Below, piece after piece: positions 33,984-41,035 of a stretch of 51,406 bases of DNA. The translations under genes were made by a program, and so were the position numbers. Below the pieces are notes generated by a model. That model did not search any database and was not told the DNA's origin. It was given only the letters and a program-made list of their open reading frames with translations. Numbering within the stretch: position 1 is the first letter of the stretch; the number at the start of each line of letters is the position of its first letter. The DNA is from a virus: IMG/VR virus record IMGVR_UViG_3300012204_000001, one strand, 5' to 3'.

Positions 33984-34199
33984 ATGAAGCAGGAGGAGGT
34001 CGAGACGCTCCTCATCGAGCTGTGTGATCGTGTGGCAAGTGCAAAGGCGCGATACGCGAAGCTCAACGCAATCGAGGACACGATCCGTAGTGTCAACTCT
34101 CTCGCACATGGGATGGTTAACTCGAAACCCATTCGAGATGCGAAGGAGTTGCTCGCGGACATCGTGAGGGAGCAAGCGTTGTCGGAGGATCGCCTGTGA
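33984..34199 (+). CDS. hypothetical helical protein (71 aa)
   Basis: ATG preceded by gagggggtgatccggg. Helical, charged. Confidence 0.55.
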   Translation: MKQEEVETLLIELCDRVASAKARYAKLNAIEDTIRSVNSLAHGMVNSKPIRDAKELLADIVREQALSEDRL

Positions 34200-34254
34200 C
34201 GTGCGCTCATCATCAGCGCCGCTGAGCAATTCGCCGAGAAGGAGGTGAGTCAGA

Positions 34255-34521
34255 GTGGGACTGAACTTCGGTCGCCGTCGCAGTGACGCAGAGACCACGC
34301 TGGACTTCGCAGCTGACGAGGCGACGCAAGTGGAGATTCAGCCAGAGGTTGGACTCCCTGGGAGCTTCAAGCTCTATGTTCATCACCAGGGACGCACTAT
34401 CGTCAGGGTCTGCAAGTTGAGAGCGACCCAGATCAAGCTCGATCCGAACGTGACAGCAGAGGTCGGACGTGCTGAGGTCGAGCAGTACCTCCGAGAACAA
34501 GGGCTGGCTGGCAACGACTGA
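34255..34521 (+). CDS. hypothetical protein (88 aa)
   Basis: GTG start preceded by GAAGGAGGTGAG. The stop abuts the next promoter. Confidence 0.55.
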   Translation: MGLNFGRRRSDAETTLDFAADEATQVEIQPEVGLPGSFKLYVHHQGRTIVRVCKLRATQIKLDPNVTAEVGRAEVEQYLREQGLAGND

Positions 34522-34524
34522 GGC

Positions 34525-34553
34525 TTGACAAACGGCCCGCGATGTGTTATATT
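34525..34553 (+). promoter_or_regulatory. sigma70-type promoter with extended -10
   Basis: GAGGCTTGACAAAC: TTGACA (34525-34530), 17-nt spacer ending in TGT, TATATT (34548-34553). Confidence 0.75.
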
Positions 34554-34620
34554 ACGTTGCGGGTTGTTTCCCGTTCCATTTCAGGAGGTCTCAGATCACA
34601 TCATCGGAGGAACAGAGAAT

Positions 34621-35190
34621 ATGGCCGACGAGGGCAAAAAGCTCACGCTCTCGGAAGTGGAGGAGTTCGTTAATGATTTTGCGGTGAAATATGCGCAGGA
34701 TCATTACACGATGCCAAGGACAGCGTTCAGAATTTTCCTGTGGCCTAGCGATACGCTCGTGAAGATCACTCGCGAACCTACCGCCAGAATTATCATGGGG
34801 ATTCTGCCGCACCATCCTCGCTTCAACGAGACAATGCGGAGCGCAATCGACAAGGTGGCGGTCCACAAGCTGTACAGTGGTATGGCCGTCGAGAAATTGG
34901 CGCTTATCCTCGAAAGGGATACGCACCTCAATCGGTGGTTGAAGGAGAAGTACAATTTCGAGCCGGAGTTGATTCCTCACATGCTGAGCGACGAGGAGAT
35001 CACGGTTCGCTACATCGAGCGTGTCGAGGTCGTTCACAAGGCGACAGGGATGCGCGAGGTGGTCGAGACCGATGAAGGGCAGGCCAGGACCACATTCGCA
35101 GCGAGACATATCGCTCGGATGAGGCTCGCTCGGCGCGTGCATGAAGCACGGCTCGCTGAGTTGGTGAAAGATCAGCACGACGCAGCATGA
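34621..35190 (+). CDS. hypothetical early protein (189 aa)
   Basis: ATG 34621 preceded by GGAGGA. The track ORF start at 34525 is the TTG inside the promoter -35 box. Confidence 0.65.
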   Translation: MADEGKKLTLSEVEEFVNDFAVKYAQDHYTMPRTAFRIFLWPSDTLVKITREPTARIIMGILPHHPRFNETMRSAIDKVAVHKLYSGMAVEKLALILERDTHLNRWLKEKYNFEPELIPHMLSDEEITVRYIERVEVVHKATGMREVVETDEGQARTTFAARHIARMRLARRVHEARLAELVKDQHDAA

Positions 35191-35299
35191 AAGTAAGGCT
35201 AGGCTGAGTCAAAGCATCGGTAATGCTCGTGACGTTGAGTTGGTGCTTGGGTAAACACTTCCTGCGCTAACGAGAACCAGTCCTAGTCGAAAATGAAGT

Positions 35300-35390
35300 A
35301 TGGCGGGGTGGTTGACTGTTGGTATGTCACGACGGACTGTAAATCCGTTGCCTTCGGGCTTCGAGGGTTCGATTCCCTCCCCTTAGCCAT
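35300..35390 (+). tRNA. tRNA-Tyr(GUA)-like element B with non-canonical terminal helix
   Basis: D-arm TGAC-TGTTGGTAT-GTCA, anticodon arm ACGGA-CTGTAAA-TCCGT (GTA at 35339-35341), long variable arm GCC-TTCG-GGC, T-arm GAGGG-TTCGATT-CCCTC. The ends pair as ATGGC+GGG with CCC[TTA]GCCAT, which is a bulged helix rather than a 7-bp acceptor stem. Confidence 0.5.
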
Positions 35391-35435
35391 AAAGGTCGGC
35401 AGGCAGGGCTTTCGCAGAGTGTGACGACCTATCAC

Positions 35436-35530
35436 AGCACAGAGCCTTCCTCCGAGGGCATGGCAGCTAGGGACTGAGCGTGGCCATCGCGAGTCTCCCT
35501 GGATTGTGGGTTCGATTCCCACCTGTGCTT
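35436..35530 (+). ncRNA. tRNA-shaped element C (94 nt, non-canonical)
   Basis: Perfect 7-bp terminal stem AGCACAG/CTGTGCT and T-arm GTGGG-TTCGATT-CCCAC. The 63-nt interior contains GGGACTGAGC (35470-35479) and CGAGTCTC (35490-35497), as in element A. Confidence 0.5.
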
Positions 35531-35531
35531 T

Positions 35532-35750
35532 ATGTCCGCGATTTATGGACCCAACGCTCATCCGGGCCATCTATGCGCGAGAGTGGACAATGGATTCCCT
35601 TGCGAACGCAGGGTAGAGTTCATTCTCTATGATATGGATGGCAGCGGAGGAACATCGAGAACATGCCGCTATCACATGATGATGTTCGTTATCATCTGTG
35701 CATTCAGCAGTGGAGTTCTCCCGCTCTGGAGTGAGATTCGTGAACATTGA
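35532..35750 (+). CDS. hypothetical Cys/His-containing protein (72 aa)
   Basis: The ATG lies 2 nt after element C. No clear RBS. Coding status is uncertain. Confidence 0.35.
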   Translation: MSAIYGPNAHPGHLCARVDNGFPCERRVEFILYDMDGSGGTSRTCRYHMMMFVIICAFSSGVLPLWSEIREH

Positions 35751-35928
35751 GTTTCGCAAAGTGAAGCGAGTCGGCAATAACTGCGTGGCCGATATGTTCT
35801 TTGATGGCTACAAGGTTGCAGAGATTCACTGTATGCCAAGTGAGTTCACTATACTCACCACGTTGCTACATGATGGCAACATGGCAAACGGTGGATCGAG
35901 TGAACAGATAGTTGTCAGCGAGGCTTGA
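35740..35928 (+). CDS. hypothetical protein (62 aa from GTG 35740)
   Basis: GGAG 8-9 nt upstream of GTG 35740. The track ORF starts at GTG 35698. The stop TGA lies inside the next promoter's TTGACA. Confidence 0.4.
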   Translation: MNIEFRKVKRVGNNCVADMFFDGYKVAEIHCMPSEFTILTTLLHDGNMANGGSSEQIVVSEA

Positions 35929-35953
35929 CAAACGCGGTACAATGTGTTATACT
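35925..35953 (+). promoter_or_regulatory. sigma70-type promoter with extended -10
   Basis: GAGGCTTGACAAAC: TTGACA (35925-35930), 17-nt spacer ending in TGT, TATACT (35948-35953). Confidence 0.75.
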
Positions 35954-35986
35954 AAGTATAACACCAAATAGTGCGAGGCACAATCA

Positions 35987-38227
35987 GTGACCGAAAGTAG
36001 CAGGGAACCGTCCGATGCTCAACTCGACAGCGAGCTAGAAGCTGCTGATCTTGAGCATGAGCTTGAGGCGATTCGTACTCGGGAAGCCGAGTTGAATCGT
36101 CAGAAGCTCGAAATCATGGACAGACAACGAGTAGCATTGCGTCGCGCTCATGAGGAGAAGCTGCGCCGCGAACGCGAGGCTGAGCAGGAGCGGATACGGA
36201 AGGAGCAGGAACAAGAAATCGAGATCCGTGTATGTGACTTCAACGGATTCTTCGTGAACGTGAAGGTCCTTCCAGATATTCGCTCGGACATCCTCAATCT
36301 CCTCAGGAACATCTACGGTCGGCAGTTCGATGCGTTCTCTGCAGTTAACCGCATCCCTGCTGAATCGTGGGTGAAGTTCAAGGAAGATGTGACGACCTTG
36401 CCTCACGTGAAGGTCACGCATCTTCTTGGCATCGAGGGCAAGATCAAGAAGTACCTCACGATGCCAGACTTCAGCATTTCGATTGACAGCAAACAGCTAA
36501 AGGTCGAGACGCACTCGCAGGCGCCCACCAGATATATCGCTGACATTCCTGGATCTGAGTTCTTCCGCGACAAAGGCTATTGGACAGCGCCGCTCACTGA
36601 GGGCTGGCGTCTATTCCAGAAGCTAGAGCTTTACGCAGCGGAGATTCCGGAGGATAGACAACGAGGCGTGATCTGGGCGCCTGACGCACTGAGACTAGTA
36701 GAAGCAGAAGTTGAGCGTCGCACGAAGCTTGACACGGTGGCGCTCCAACAGGACTCAACATTCGATGTCAAGTTCGAGAATGGATTTGTACTACGGCCAT
36801 TTCAGAGAGTTGGAATCGAGTTCATCGACCTCTCCAAAGGTCGTGCGCTTGTGGCTGATCAGATGGGACTCGGCAAGACTTGGGAATCTATTGGTTGGAT
36901 TATCCTCAGAAATCTCCGATCAGTCATTGTCTGCCCTGCCCATCTCAAGGCTAATTGGGCGCGTGAGATCCACCAACTCACCGGCCAGTTTCCCGCGATA
37001 CTCTCTGGTCGCGAACCTTCCAAGTACGATGTAGAGCTGCTCCTAATCACCAAACCACAGTTCACGATCATCAACTACGATATTCTCGCAGCTAAGACAA
37101 AGGTGGACGAGCAAAGGGTCGTCGATGAGAAAGGCGATATTCACGTCACGCCACCCAAGGAGAGATTCCTCTGGGCTGAGCTGATCATGATGTCGAAGCC
37201 TGACGTGATCGTAGTTGACGAGGCGCACTACACCAAGAACACGGACAGCAATCGGTCCAAAGCTACTCGAATGCTGCAAGTCGAGCACCGCATCGCCATG
37301 ACTGGAACACCAGTCTTGAATCGTCCCGGAGAATATTGGGCGATTCTCAACTGGCTACGTCCAGAGCTGTTCCCTTCCGAAGACAAATTCATCTGGCAAT
37401 ACACGAACAACGGACGCACGGCTCGGAATGTAGAAGAGTTGCGAGATCTCCTCAAGCCTATCATGATTCGTCGGCTGAAGAAGGATGTCGTCTCGGAATT
37501 GCCTCCGATCAATCGCATCACAGAGCTGCATGAACTCTCCGAAGATGCAGTCGTTGTCTACAAGAAAGTTCTCGCGGGTGTGTACAAGGCGATTGACGAC
37601 GCTGGTAATCAAATTGAGCGGAACGTCGCCAACATCCTAGTTGAGATCGGAAAGCTGAAAGAGGTCTGTGCTCATGACAAGGTTGACCGAGTTGCGGACC
37701 TGGCAACGGAACTGTTTGACACGGAGCAGGATGCGGCGGACGCGAAGCTTGGGAACAAGAAGGTCCTCATCTTCTCGCAATACAAAGACGTTGTTCGTAA
37801 GGTGGCTGCAAGACTTGGACGAGAAGCTATCTACTGGACAGGTGACACAGATTTCGCAGAGCGCACTCGTCTTGAAAACGAATTCCAGACTAATCCGGAT
37901 GTGCATTTCCTGGTGGTAAGCCTGATGACAGGCCAGACAGGACTAAACCTCACCGCTGCCGGACACGTCATCTTCGCAGACCTCTACTGGACACCGGCTG
38001 CACACGCACAGGCAGAGGAGCGCGCATACGGACGACTCTCGAACATGCACGGTTGCGACAGTTACTATGTCGTAGCCGAGCGTACAATCGAAGAGTGGAT
38101 TCAGGAGATGCTCGCTGCCAAGCTCGAAACGATCAACGCAGTCGTGGAAGGAATCGACAGCGAGCGTGATCCGAGCATCGGAATGGCAATCATCCAGAAG
38201 TTGAAACAGCTGAGGGGGCAGCTATGA
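35987..38227 (+). CDS. SNF2 family helicase with N-terminal Glu/Arg-rich coiled coil
   Basis: 746 aa. Motif I ADQMGLGKT, motif II VVDEAHYTKN, motif III MTGTPVLN, then LIFSQYKDV, TGQTGLNLT and QAEERAYGR. Confidence 0.9.
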   Translation: MTESSREPSDAQLDSELEAADLEHELEAIRTREAELNRQKLEIMDRQRVALRRAHEEKLRREREAEQERIRKEQEQEIEIRVCDFNGFFVNVKVLPDIRSDILNLLRNIYGRQFDAFSAVNRIPAESWVKFKEDVTTLPHVKVTHLLGIEGKIKKYLTMPDFSISIDSKQLKVETHSQAPTRYIADIPGSEFFRDKGYWTAPLTEGWRLFQKLELYAAEIPEDRQRGVIWAPDALRLVEAEVERRTKLDTVALQQDSTFDVKFENGFVLRPFQRVGIEFIDLSKGRALVADQMGLGKTWESIGWIILRNLRSVIVCPAHLKANWAREIHQLTGQFPAILSGREPSKYDVELLLITKPQFTIINYDILAAKTKVDEQRVVDEKGDIHVTPPKERFLWAELIMMSKPDVIVVDEAHYTKNTDSNRSKATRMLQVEHRIAMTGTPVLNRPGEYWAILNWLRPELFPSEDKFIWQYTNNGRTARNVEELRDLLKPIMIRRLKKDVVSELPPINRITELHELSEDAVVVYKKVLAGVYKAIDDAGNQIERNVANILVEIGKLKEVCAHDKVDRVADLATELFDTEQDAADAKLGNKKVLIFSQYKDVVRKVAARLGREAIYWTGDTDFAERTRLENEFQTNPDVHFLVVSLMTGQTGLNLTAAGHVIFADLYWTPAAHAQAEERAYGRLSNMHGCDSYYVVAERTIEEWIQEMLAAKLETINAVVEGIDSERDPSIGMAIIQKLKQLRGQL

Positions 38228-38361
38228 CTCCACTCGAAGAAACGCTCCGTGGTCTCCTCATCGTCTACGAGCGTGGGCCACACACGAGGGCACGGCGGGA
38301 ACAGCTCATGAACGTGGTCAAGAAGGTTCTCGATTACTTCATCCCACAGTTCGTGATATGA
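38224..38361 (+). CDS. 45-aa protein
   Basis: Found by hand: MTPLEETLRGLLIVYERGPHTRARREQLMNVVKKVLDYFIPQFVI. ATGA overlaps at both ends. Confidence 0.45.
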   Translation: MTPLEETLRGLLIVYERGPHTRARREQLMNVVKKVLDYFIPQFVI

Positions 38362-38537
38362 CCAACGATCCAGTGGTACACATGATCGAGCAACTTATCA
38401 AGACTCGTGACGCGCAGATCACAGCCCTCGAGAATATTGAGAACATCCTCAAAGGGATGGACCTGCTCCGTGGCGAGACACGCTTTGCGGGGCTGAACCA
38501 AGAACGTATCCTTCAGCTTCTCAAGGAGAAACCGTGA
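38358..38537 (+). CDS. 59-aa protein
   Basis: Found by hand: MTNDPVVHMIEQLIKTRDAQITALENIENILKGMDLLRGETRFAGLNQERILQLLKEKP. ATGA overlap upstream and GTGA overlap downstream. Confidence 0.5.
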   Translation: MTNDPVVHMIEQLIKTRDAQITALENIENILKGMDLLRGETRFAGLNQERILQLLKEKP

Positions 38538-38653
38538 CCGACGCAGAGAGGATCAAGCGAATCGCGGTTGTACTGAAGAAGCACTTCACGAATCTCGATG
38601 TGATGAGAACACTAGACATCGCACAAGAGATCATCATGGAGCTTGATAAGTGA
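38534..38653 (+). CDS. 39-aa protein
   Basis: Found by hand: GTG start, MTDAERIKRIAVVLKKHFTNLDVMRTLDIAQEIIMELDK. GTGA overlaps at both ends. Confidence 0.4.
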   Translation: MTDAERIKRIAVVLKKHFTNLDVMRTLDIAQEIIMELDK

Positions 38654-38808
38654 GACGCAGCTACACACCTCCGTCATCAGATGAACAGGCCATCTCTGAC
38701 TTGGTGACAGAGCTATACATCAAAGTACGCGACCATGCTCACGGTGACACGGAAGCGAAAGAGGAAGCGAAGGCCATCTGTCGAAAGATACTGGCGAGGT
38801 TAGGATGA
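38650..38808 (+). CDS. 52-aa protein
   Basis: Found by hand: GTG start, MRRSYTPPSSDEQAISDLVTELYIKVRDHAHGDTEAKEEAKAICRKILARLG. Overlapping stop and start on both sides. Confidence 0.4.
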   Translation: MRRSYTPPSSDEQAISDLVTELYIKVRDHAHGDTEAKEEAKAICRKILARLG

Positions 38809-38963
38809 AAGCCAGCGAACTAAGATCACTGATCGAGGACATCCCGGATGACGAGGACATCGTTATCTACGACAGCAGCTACATCGGCTTCATCGAGATT
38901 GCTGACGTAGGAATCCAGGGTGGCAAGCGTGTGATCTACACAGGAGCTGAGATCGAGGAATGA
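38805..38963 (+). CDS. 52-aa acidic protein
   Basis: Found by hand: MKASELRSLIEDIPDDEDIVIYDSSYIGFIEIADVGIQGGKRVIYTGAEIEE. ATGA overlaps at both ends. Confidence 0.45.
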   Translation: MKASELRSLIEDIPDDEDIVIYDSSYIGFIEIADVGIQGGKRVIYTGAEIEE

Positions 38964-39187
38964 TCTGCTTCCTAAAGTGCCAGGTCTGTAGTTGGGAGGC
39001 GAAGTACAAAGCGGAGGCTGATCCCAGGCACACAGGGTATCTCTGTCCTCATTGTGGCAAGCCTCCAATCGTTCAGAAGGAGGTGGATGCTGATAATAGA
39101 GTGTTAGCATTACCTGTTGAACCGTTGCCGTTGCCTGATCTGGAACGGAAGCTCACTCCGCGTCAACTTGCGCGGGCTGGTTTTTAA
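38960..39187 (+). CDS. zinc-ribbon protein (75 aa)
   Basis: CFLKCQVC ... YLCPHCGK gives two CxxC-type pairs. ATGA overlap upstream. Confidence 0.55.
   Translation: MICFLKCQVCSWEAKYKAEADPRHTGYLCPHCGKPPIVQKEVDADNRVLALPVEPLPLPDLERKLTPRQLARAGF
39158..39185 (+). terminator. weak intrinsic terminator candidate
   Basis: CCGCG-tcaacttg-CGCGG, then GCTGG and TTTTT. A 5-nt gap between stem and T-run lowers confidence. Confidence 0.3.
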
Positions 39188-39195
39188 CCGCTAAA
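39183..39195. promoter_or_regulatory. 13-bp dyad TTTAAC-C-GCTAAA, site 2
   Basis: One mismatch to a perfect dyad. The context TTTTTAACCGCTAAAGATGAGG matches site 1 (TTTTTAGCCGCTAAATTTGAGG). Lies upstream of gene 39208. Confidence 0.45.
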
Positions 39196-39207
39196 GATGA
39201 GGATGCT

Positions 39208-39471
39208 ATGAAGATCGTGGATCGCATCAAAGCCGCGCTCGCATACGCCAAGTTCGAGAACCCCGACATTCAAGGGGCGCTCGACAGCGTGCTGAGCAAT
39301 CACAAGACAGACCTGCACGATGTCGGATACGAGGAGTCAACCTCGACCGAGGCTGCGCTCGTCGAACTCGACAACATCCTGAACGAGATGGACAGCAATC
39401 GCGAGCGTCGTCGGGAGGACCTGAGCGAGAGCATCGCACGGTCACACGAGGAGCCGTCGGAGGAGAGCTGA
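39208..39471 (+). CDS. hypothetical acidic protein (87 aa)
   Basis: ATG preceded by GAGGA. Helical, acidic. Confidence 0.6.
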   Translation: MKIVDRIKAALAYAKFENPDIQGALDSVLSNHKTDLHDVGYEESTSTEAALVELDNILNEMDSNRERRREDLSESIARSHEEPSEES

Positions 39472-39854
39472 TGGACACAGCACAACTCCTCAAGATCGAA
39501 GGCTCGATAGCAGCTATCCTTTCTGGAGCTAAGGGTCTGCATCGAGCCGCAGGGAAACTCGCAGAGTCTTGCATAACAGATATCTACGAGGCCGTTGCAA
39601 AGTTCCGCCGTGAGATTGGGAGTGCTGAAGTCACTCCAACCGTTCAGCTAGAGAAGCCAGCGATAACGAAGAAGAAATCGAACGAAGAGAAAATAGCTGA
39701 ACGCCAAGCGAGACTCGCGGCGGAGCGATCCGAGTTAATGAGTATGAGAGAGCCAGAGGTCGTAGAAGAATCACGCTCAAACATTCCTGAGCATATCATG
39801 CAGCGTGCGAAGGAAGAACTTGAGCAAATCAGGAGAGATCTCTACGGTGGCTGA
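39471..39854 (+). CDS. hypothetical protein (127 aa)
   Basis: TGATG overlap with the upstream stop. Helical, Lys/Glu-rich. Confidence 0.6.
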   Translation: MDTAQLLKIEGSIAAILSGAKGLHRAAGKLAESCITDIYEAVAKFRREIGSAEVTPTVQLEKPAITKKKSNEEKIAERQARLAAERSELMSMREPEVVEESRSNIPEHIMQRAKEELEQIRRDLYGG

Positions 39855-40218
39855 CAAAGTGTTCCCAACATTCTCGATCAAGGTTGACACGCCTGACGGG
39901 AGGATGTTCGTTCACATCCTAGAGAACGATGGTCTTCCTGTTCAGGTACTCATCAACATCGGGAAGTCAGGAACCAACCTCTCGGCTTGGGCGGATGCAG
40001 TCAGTAGGATGGTGTCACAAATGCTCAAGTATACGAGTATCTATGTCATCATCGAGGAGCTGAGTGGTATCACTTCATCACGATTCATTCGGCTCGCTCA
40101 AGGTGAAGTGATCCGCTCTGGACCTGAGGGTGTAGCATACGCGCTGGTGAAGTACCGCAATCGAAAGTACAAAGACAACAGACCGAAGGACAAACCAGGG
40201 AGAGCGAGTATCGAATGA
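39847..40218 (+). CDS. TSCPD domain protein (123 aa from GTG 39847)
   Basis: VDTPDGRMFVHILENDGLPVQVLINIGKSGTNLSAWADAVSRMVSQMLK...LSGITSSRF...GPEGVAYAL follows the TSCPD (PF12637) pattern found at class II RNR C-termini. The Cys of the name motif is replaced (TSSRF). Confidence 0.65.
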   Translation: MADKVFPTFSIKVDTPDGRMFVHILENDGLPVQVLINIGKSGTNLSAWADAVSRMVSQMLKYTSIYVIIEELSGITSSRFIRLAQGEVIRSGPEGVAYALVKYRNRKYKDNRPKDKPGRASIE

Positions 40219-40427
40219 AAATGGATGACTTCGTGAAGGCCGCTAAGTCGTACGCAGGTGACGATCACAGTGGCTGGTGGGCAGAAGAAGTAAGGCGTGG
40301 AAGCGCTGATGTGCTCGTCATCTACAAGAAGGAAGAGCCCAAGGGCACTATCGAAGTTGATTCCTATGAGGAAAAAGCCGCATGGGTAGCAGCCCTACAG
40401 GTCGTGAATTCGACATTGAAAAGGTGA
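40215..40427 (+). CDS. hypothetical protein (70 aa)
   Basis: ATGA overlap upstream and TGATG overlap downstream. Confidence 0.55.
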   Translation: MKMDDFVKAAKSYAGDDHSGWWAEEVRRGSADVLVIYKKEEPKGTIEVDSYEEKAAWVAALQVVNSTLKR

Positions 40428-40720
40428 TGCATGAGGTAGATCAGCTCAGAGCCTCACCGCAGGAACGCGCCGTAAGAGTAATTGAGTTTCTACGACGTAA
40501 CGGCAAATTCACGAACTGGGACCTGGTCTGCTTCTCTGTAGAGTACCTCGCAAGCATGTCAGGTACACTTGAGTGGCTGATGGAACCAGTGAAACATCTG
40601 GTGCGCCTCGTATATCTCGCGCACTACATCAGATTCGGAGACCACAAGTGGCTGGACAGTTCGGATGGACAACCAGGGAACGGGACGGACTCGTCTGGAC
40701 CGCGCACATCTGGCCGCTAG
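40427..40720 (+). CDS. hypothetical protein (97 aa from ATG 40427)
   Basis: The N-terminal 70 aa look protein-like. The C-terminal tail is low-complexity and overlaps alternative-frame ORF 40648..40920. Confidence 0.5.
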   Translation: MHEVDQLRASPQERAVRVIEFLRRNGKFTNWDLVCFSVEYLASMSGTLEWLMEPVKHLVRLVYLAHYIRFGDHKWLDSSDGQPGNGTDSSGPRTSGR

Positions 40721-40920
40721 ACCTTTTCAGGAGGCACTTCAATGGCTTCGGAGAGTCTGATACAGAAGATTGGAAAGCGGCTGTCTACAAGTGGGGAGGC
40801 CCAAAGCCCTCCAGAATCGAACGAGTTGACATCTCCTACGACGCAGCCGCAGGAGCAGTCCTCGTTCTCTGGCGTGAACGCAGCGAAGGTACAGCAGTTC
40901 ATCAACACAGCGAGCAGTGA
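40648..40920 (+). CDS. alternative-frame ORF (90 aa from GTG 40648)
   Basis: GGAG 7 nt upstream. The sequence GQFGWTTRERDGLVWTAHIWPLDLFRRHFNGFGESDTEDWKAAVYKWGGPKPSRIERVDISYDAAAGAVLVLW looks globular. It overlaps both neighbours. Confidence 0.4.
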   Translation: MAGQFGWTTRERDGLVWTAHIWPLDLFRRHFNGFGESDTEDWKAAVYKWGGPKPSRIERVDISYDAAAGAVLVLWRERSEGTAVHQHSEQ

Positions 40921-41035
40921 CATCGACTACTACATCGACTGGTGCGAGCATGAAATCGAAAAGCGTCTCGCTGACGTAGCAGTGCTGGAGGATACGCTTC
41001 TTCAACTCCAGAGACTCCGCCGTGGGCTACAGTAA
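40742..41035 (+). CDS. hypothetical protein (97 aa)
   Basis: AGGAGG 7 nt upstream of the ATG. The N-terminal half is low complexity and the C-terminal half is helical (IDYYIDWCEHEIEKRLADVAVLEDTLLQLQ). Confidence 0.5.
   Translation: MASESLIQKIGKRLSTSGEAQSPPESNELTSPTTQPQEQSSFSGVNAAKVQQFINTASSDIDYYIDWCEHEIEKRLADVAVLEDTLLQLQRLRRGLQ

Noticed and set aside
34591-35178. 195-aa minus-strand ORF
   Set aside because: It is antisense to early gene 34621..35190, which has a promoter and a GGAGGA RBS. It is a shadow ORF.
35300-35390. tRNA-Tyr-like element as an attP core for integration into a host tRNA gene
   Set aside because: No integrase, excisionase or repressor gene is present, and the whole cloverleaf body is present rather than only a 3' tRNA fragment. 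A lysogeny module is not supported.
35283-35570. 95-aa minus-strand ORF
   Set aside because: It exactly covers the tRNA-like elements B and C on the opposite strand, so it is an artefact of structured RNA sequence.
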